Source: an uncultured delta proteobacterium (GTDB lineage: Bacteria; Desulfobacterota; Desulfomonilia; UBA1062). Taken from it: a stretch of DNA of 64,000 nt. The notes beneath the pieces were generated by a model. The model did not search any database. It worked only from the letters and a program-made list of their open reading frames with translations, and was not told the DNA's origin. Position numbers and translations under genes: made by a program. Numbering within the stretch: position 1 is the first letter of the stretch; each line of letters starts with the position of its first letter. Location of the stretch: the NCBI GenBank assembly GCA_963752595.1, contig CAVVYZ010000007.1, positions 1 to 64,000 on the forward strand, given 5' to 3'. Positions 63,385 to 64,000 of the stretch are shown in pieces.

Positions 63385-64000
63385 TGATCACTTCCTCCCA
63401 CGTTTTGACAATCTTGGTTTTGATATGAGGTTGGATAAGCTTTACTATCACATCCCGTTCACCTTTTGAGGTATATCCAAAACACCGTCTGACCTTTTGA
63501 TTAATCTGCTTATTGGGTTCTACACCATGGAACGAAAAGATCTTCTTGCTCTCTGAATCGCTGCTTGATTTTCTCACTGTCAGTCCTGCTTTCTCTCTCT
63601 CCTCCCGTTCACGCTTAATGAAGCCACCAAGGATTAGTTGTGTCAGAGTTGGGTTATGGTAGATACCTGGTTTACCAGGGTCGCGGTCAACTATCTTATT
63701 GTGCTCTATCCGGTGGAGGTATTCACCCTGCACGAACCAAAAATTCTTGAGATCAGGCCATTCATCATTATTTATCTTAGGAGGGTTTCTATGGAATACT
63801 TCAGATATGAGCATATTTTCTTAATATTTTCCTCATTGTTAAATGGCTTCTCTTCTGTCTGGTCTGATTCGTTTTTCTGTAGTTCGATTATTCCATAATC
63901 ACTATGATGTCCTTCTGGTTTGTTTTTATAGTCGCTTTCAGATGGTTTAAGTGTAGTTTTATCGCCGAGTGCTCCGTATTCGCTGATGATCTTGAGAGTC
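63374..64000 (-). CDS. cmr1: Probable Cmr1 C-terminal part (runs off the window)
   Basis: SEYGALGDK...DYGIIE, PDLKNFWF, SKKIFSF, RCFGY. Position upstream of cmr6 fits III-C order. Confidence 0.55.

Overview
Probable Desulfobacterota/deltaproteobacterial chromosome or MAG segment; the taxonomy is inferred from gene content only. Many single-base indels split otherwise intact genes, most likely long-read errors. Four blocks are present. (1) 1-28.8 kb: a surface-glycan cluster (gmd, fcl, wecE, GT2/GT4, Wzx, SAM methyltransferases, acyltransferases) interleaved with three TMTC-like membrane glycosyltransferase-TPR genes and IS630/IS701 elements. (2) 30-41 kb: a sigma54-type-promoter-driven Fil/Fap-like extracellular fibre operon with four DUF6160/FilA-like subunits, a secreted C39 peptidase, a coiled-coil beta-barrel, a FadL-like barrel and a beta-propeller. 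(3) 41-50 kb: an outer-membrane barrel, a 6xPAS-LuxR one-component regulator and a DUF1302/LolA-like/large-lipoprotein module. (4) 50-64 kb: an IS3 element that cuts off a 25-repeat CRISPR array, then cas2, cas1, a stand-alone reverse transcriptase, an uncharacterised 2TM + DUF5919-like gene and a type III-C effector operon whose Cas10 (Csx11) keeps HD but lacks GGDD. The best novelty candidates are the membrane gene coupled inside the cyclase-dead RT/III-C locus, the double-glycine-like propeptides on the fibre subunits next to the C39 peptidase, and the TMTC-like glycosylation module.
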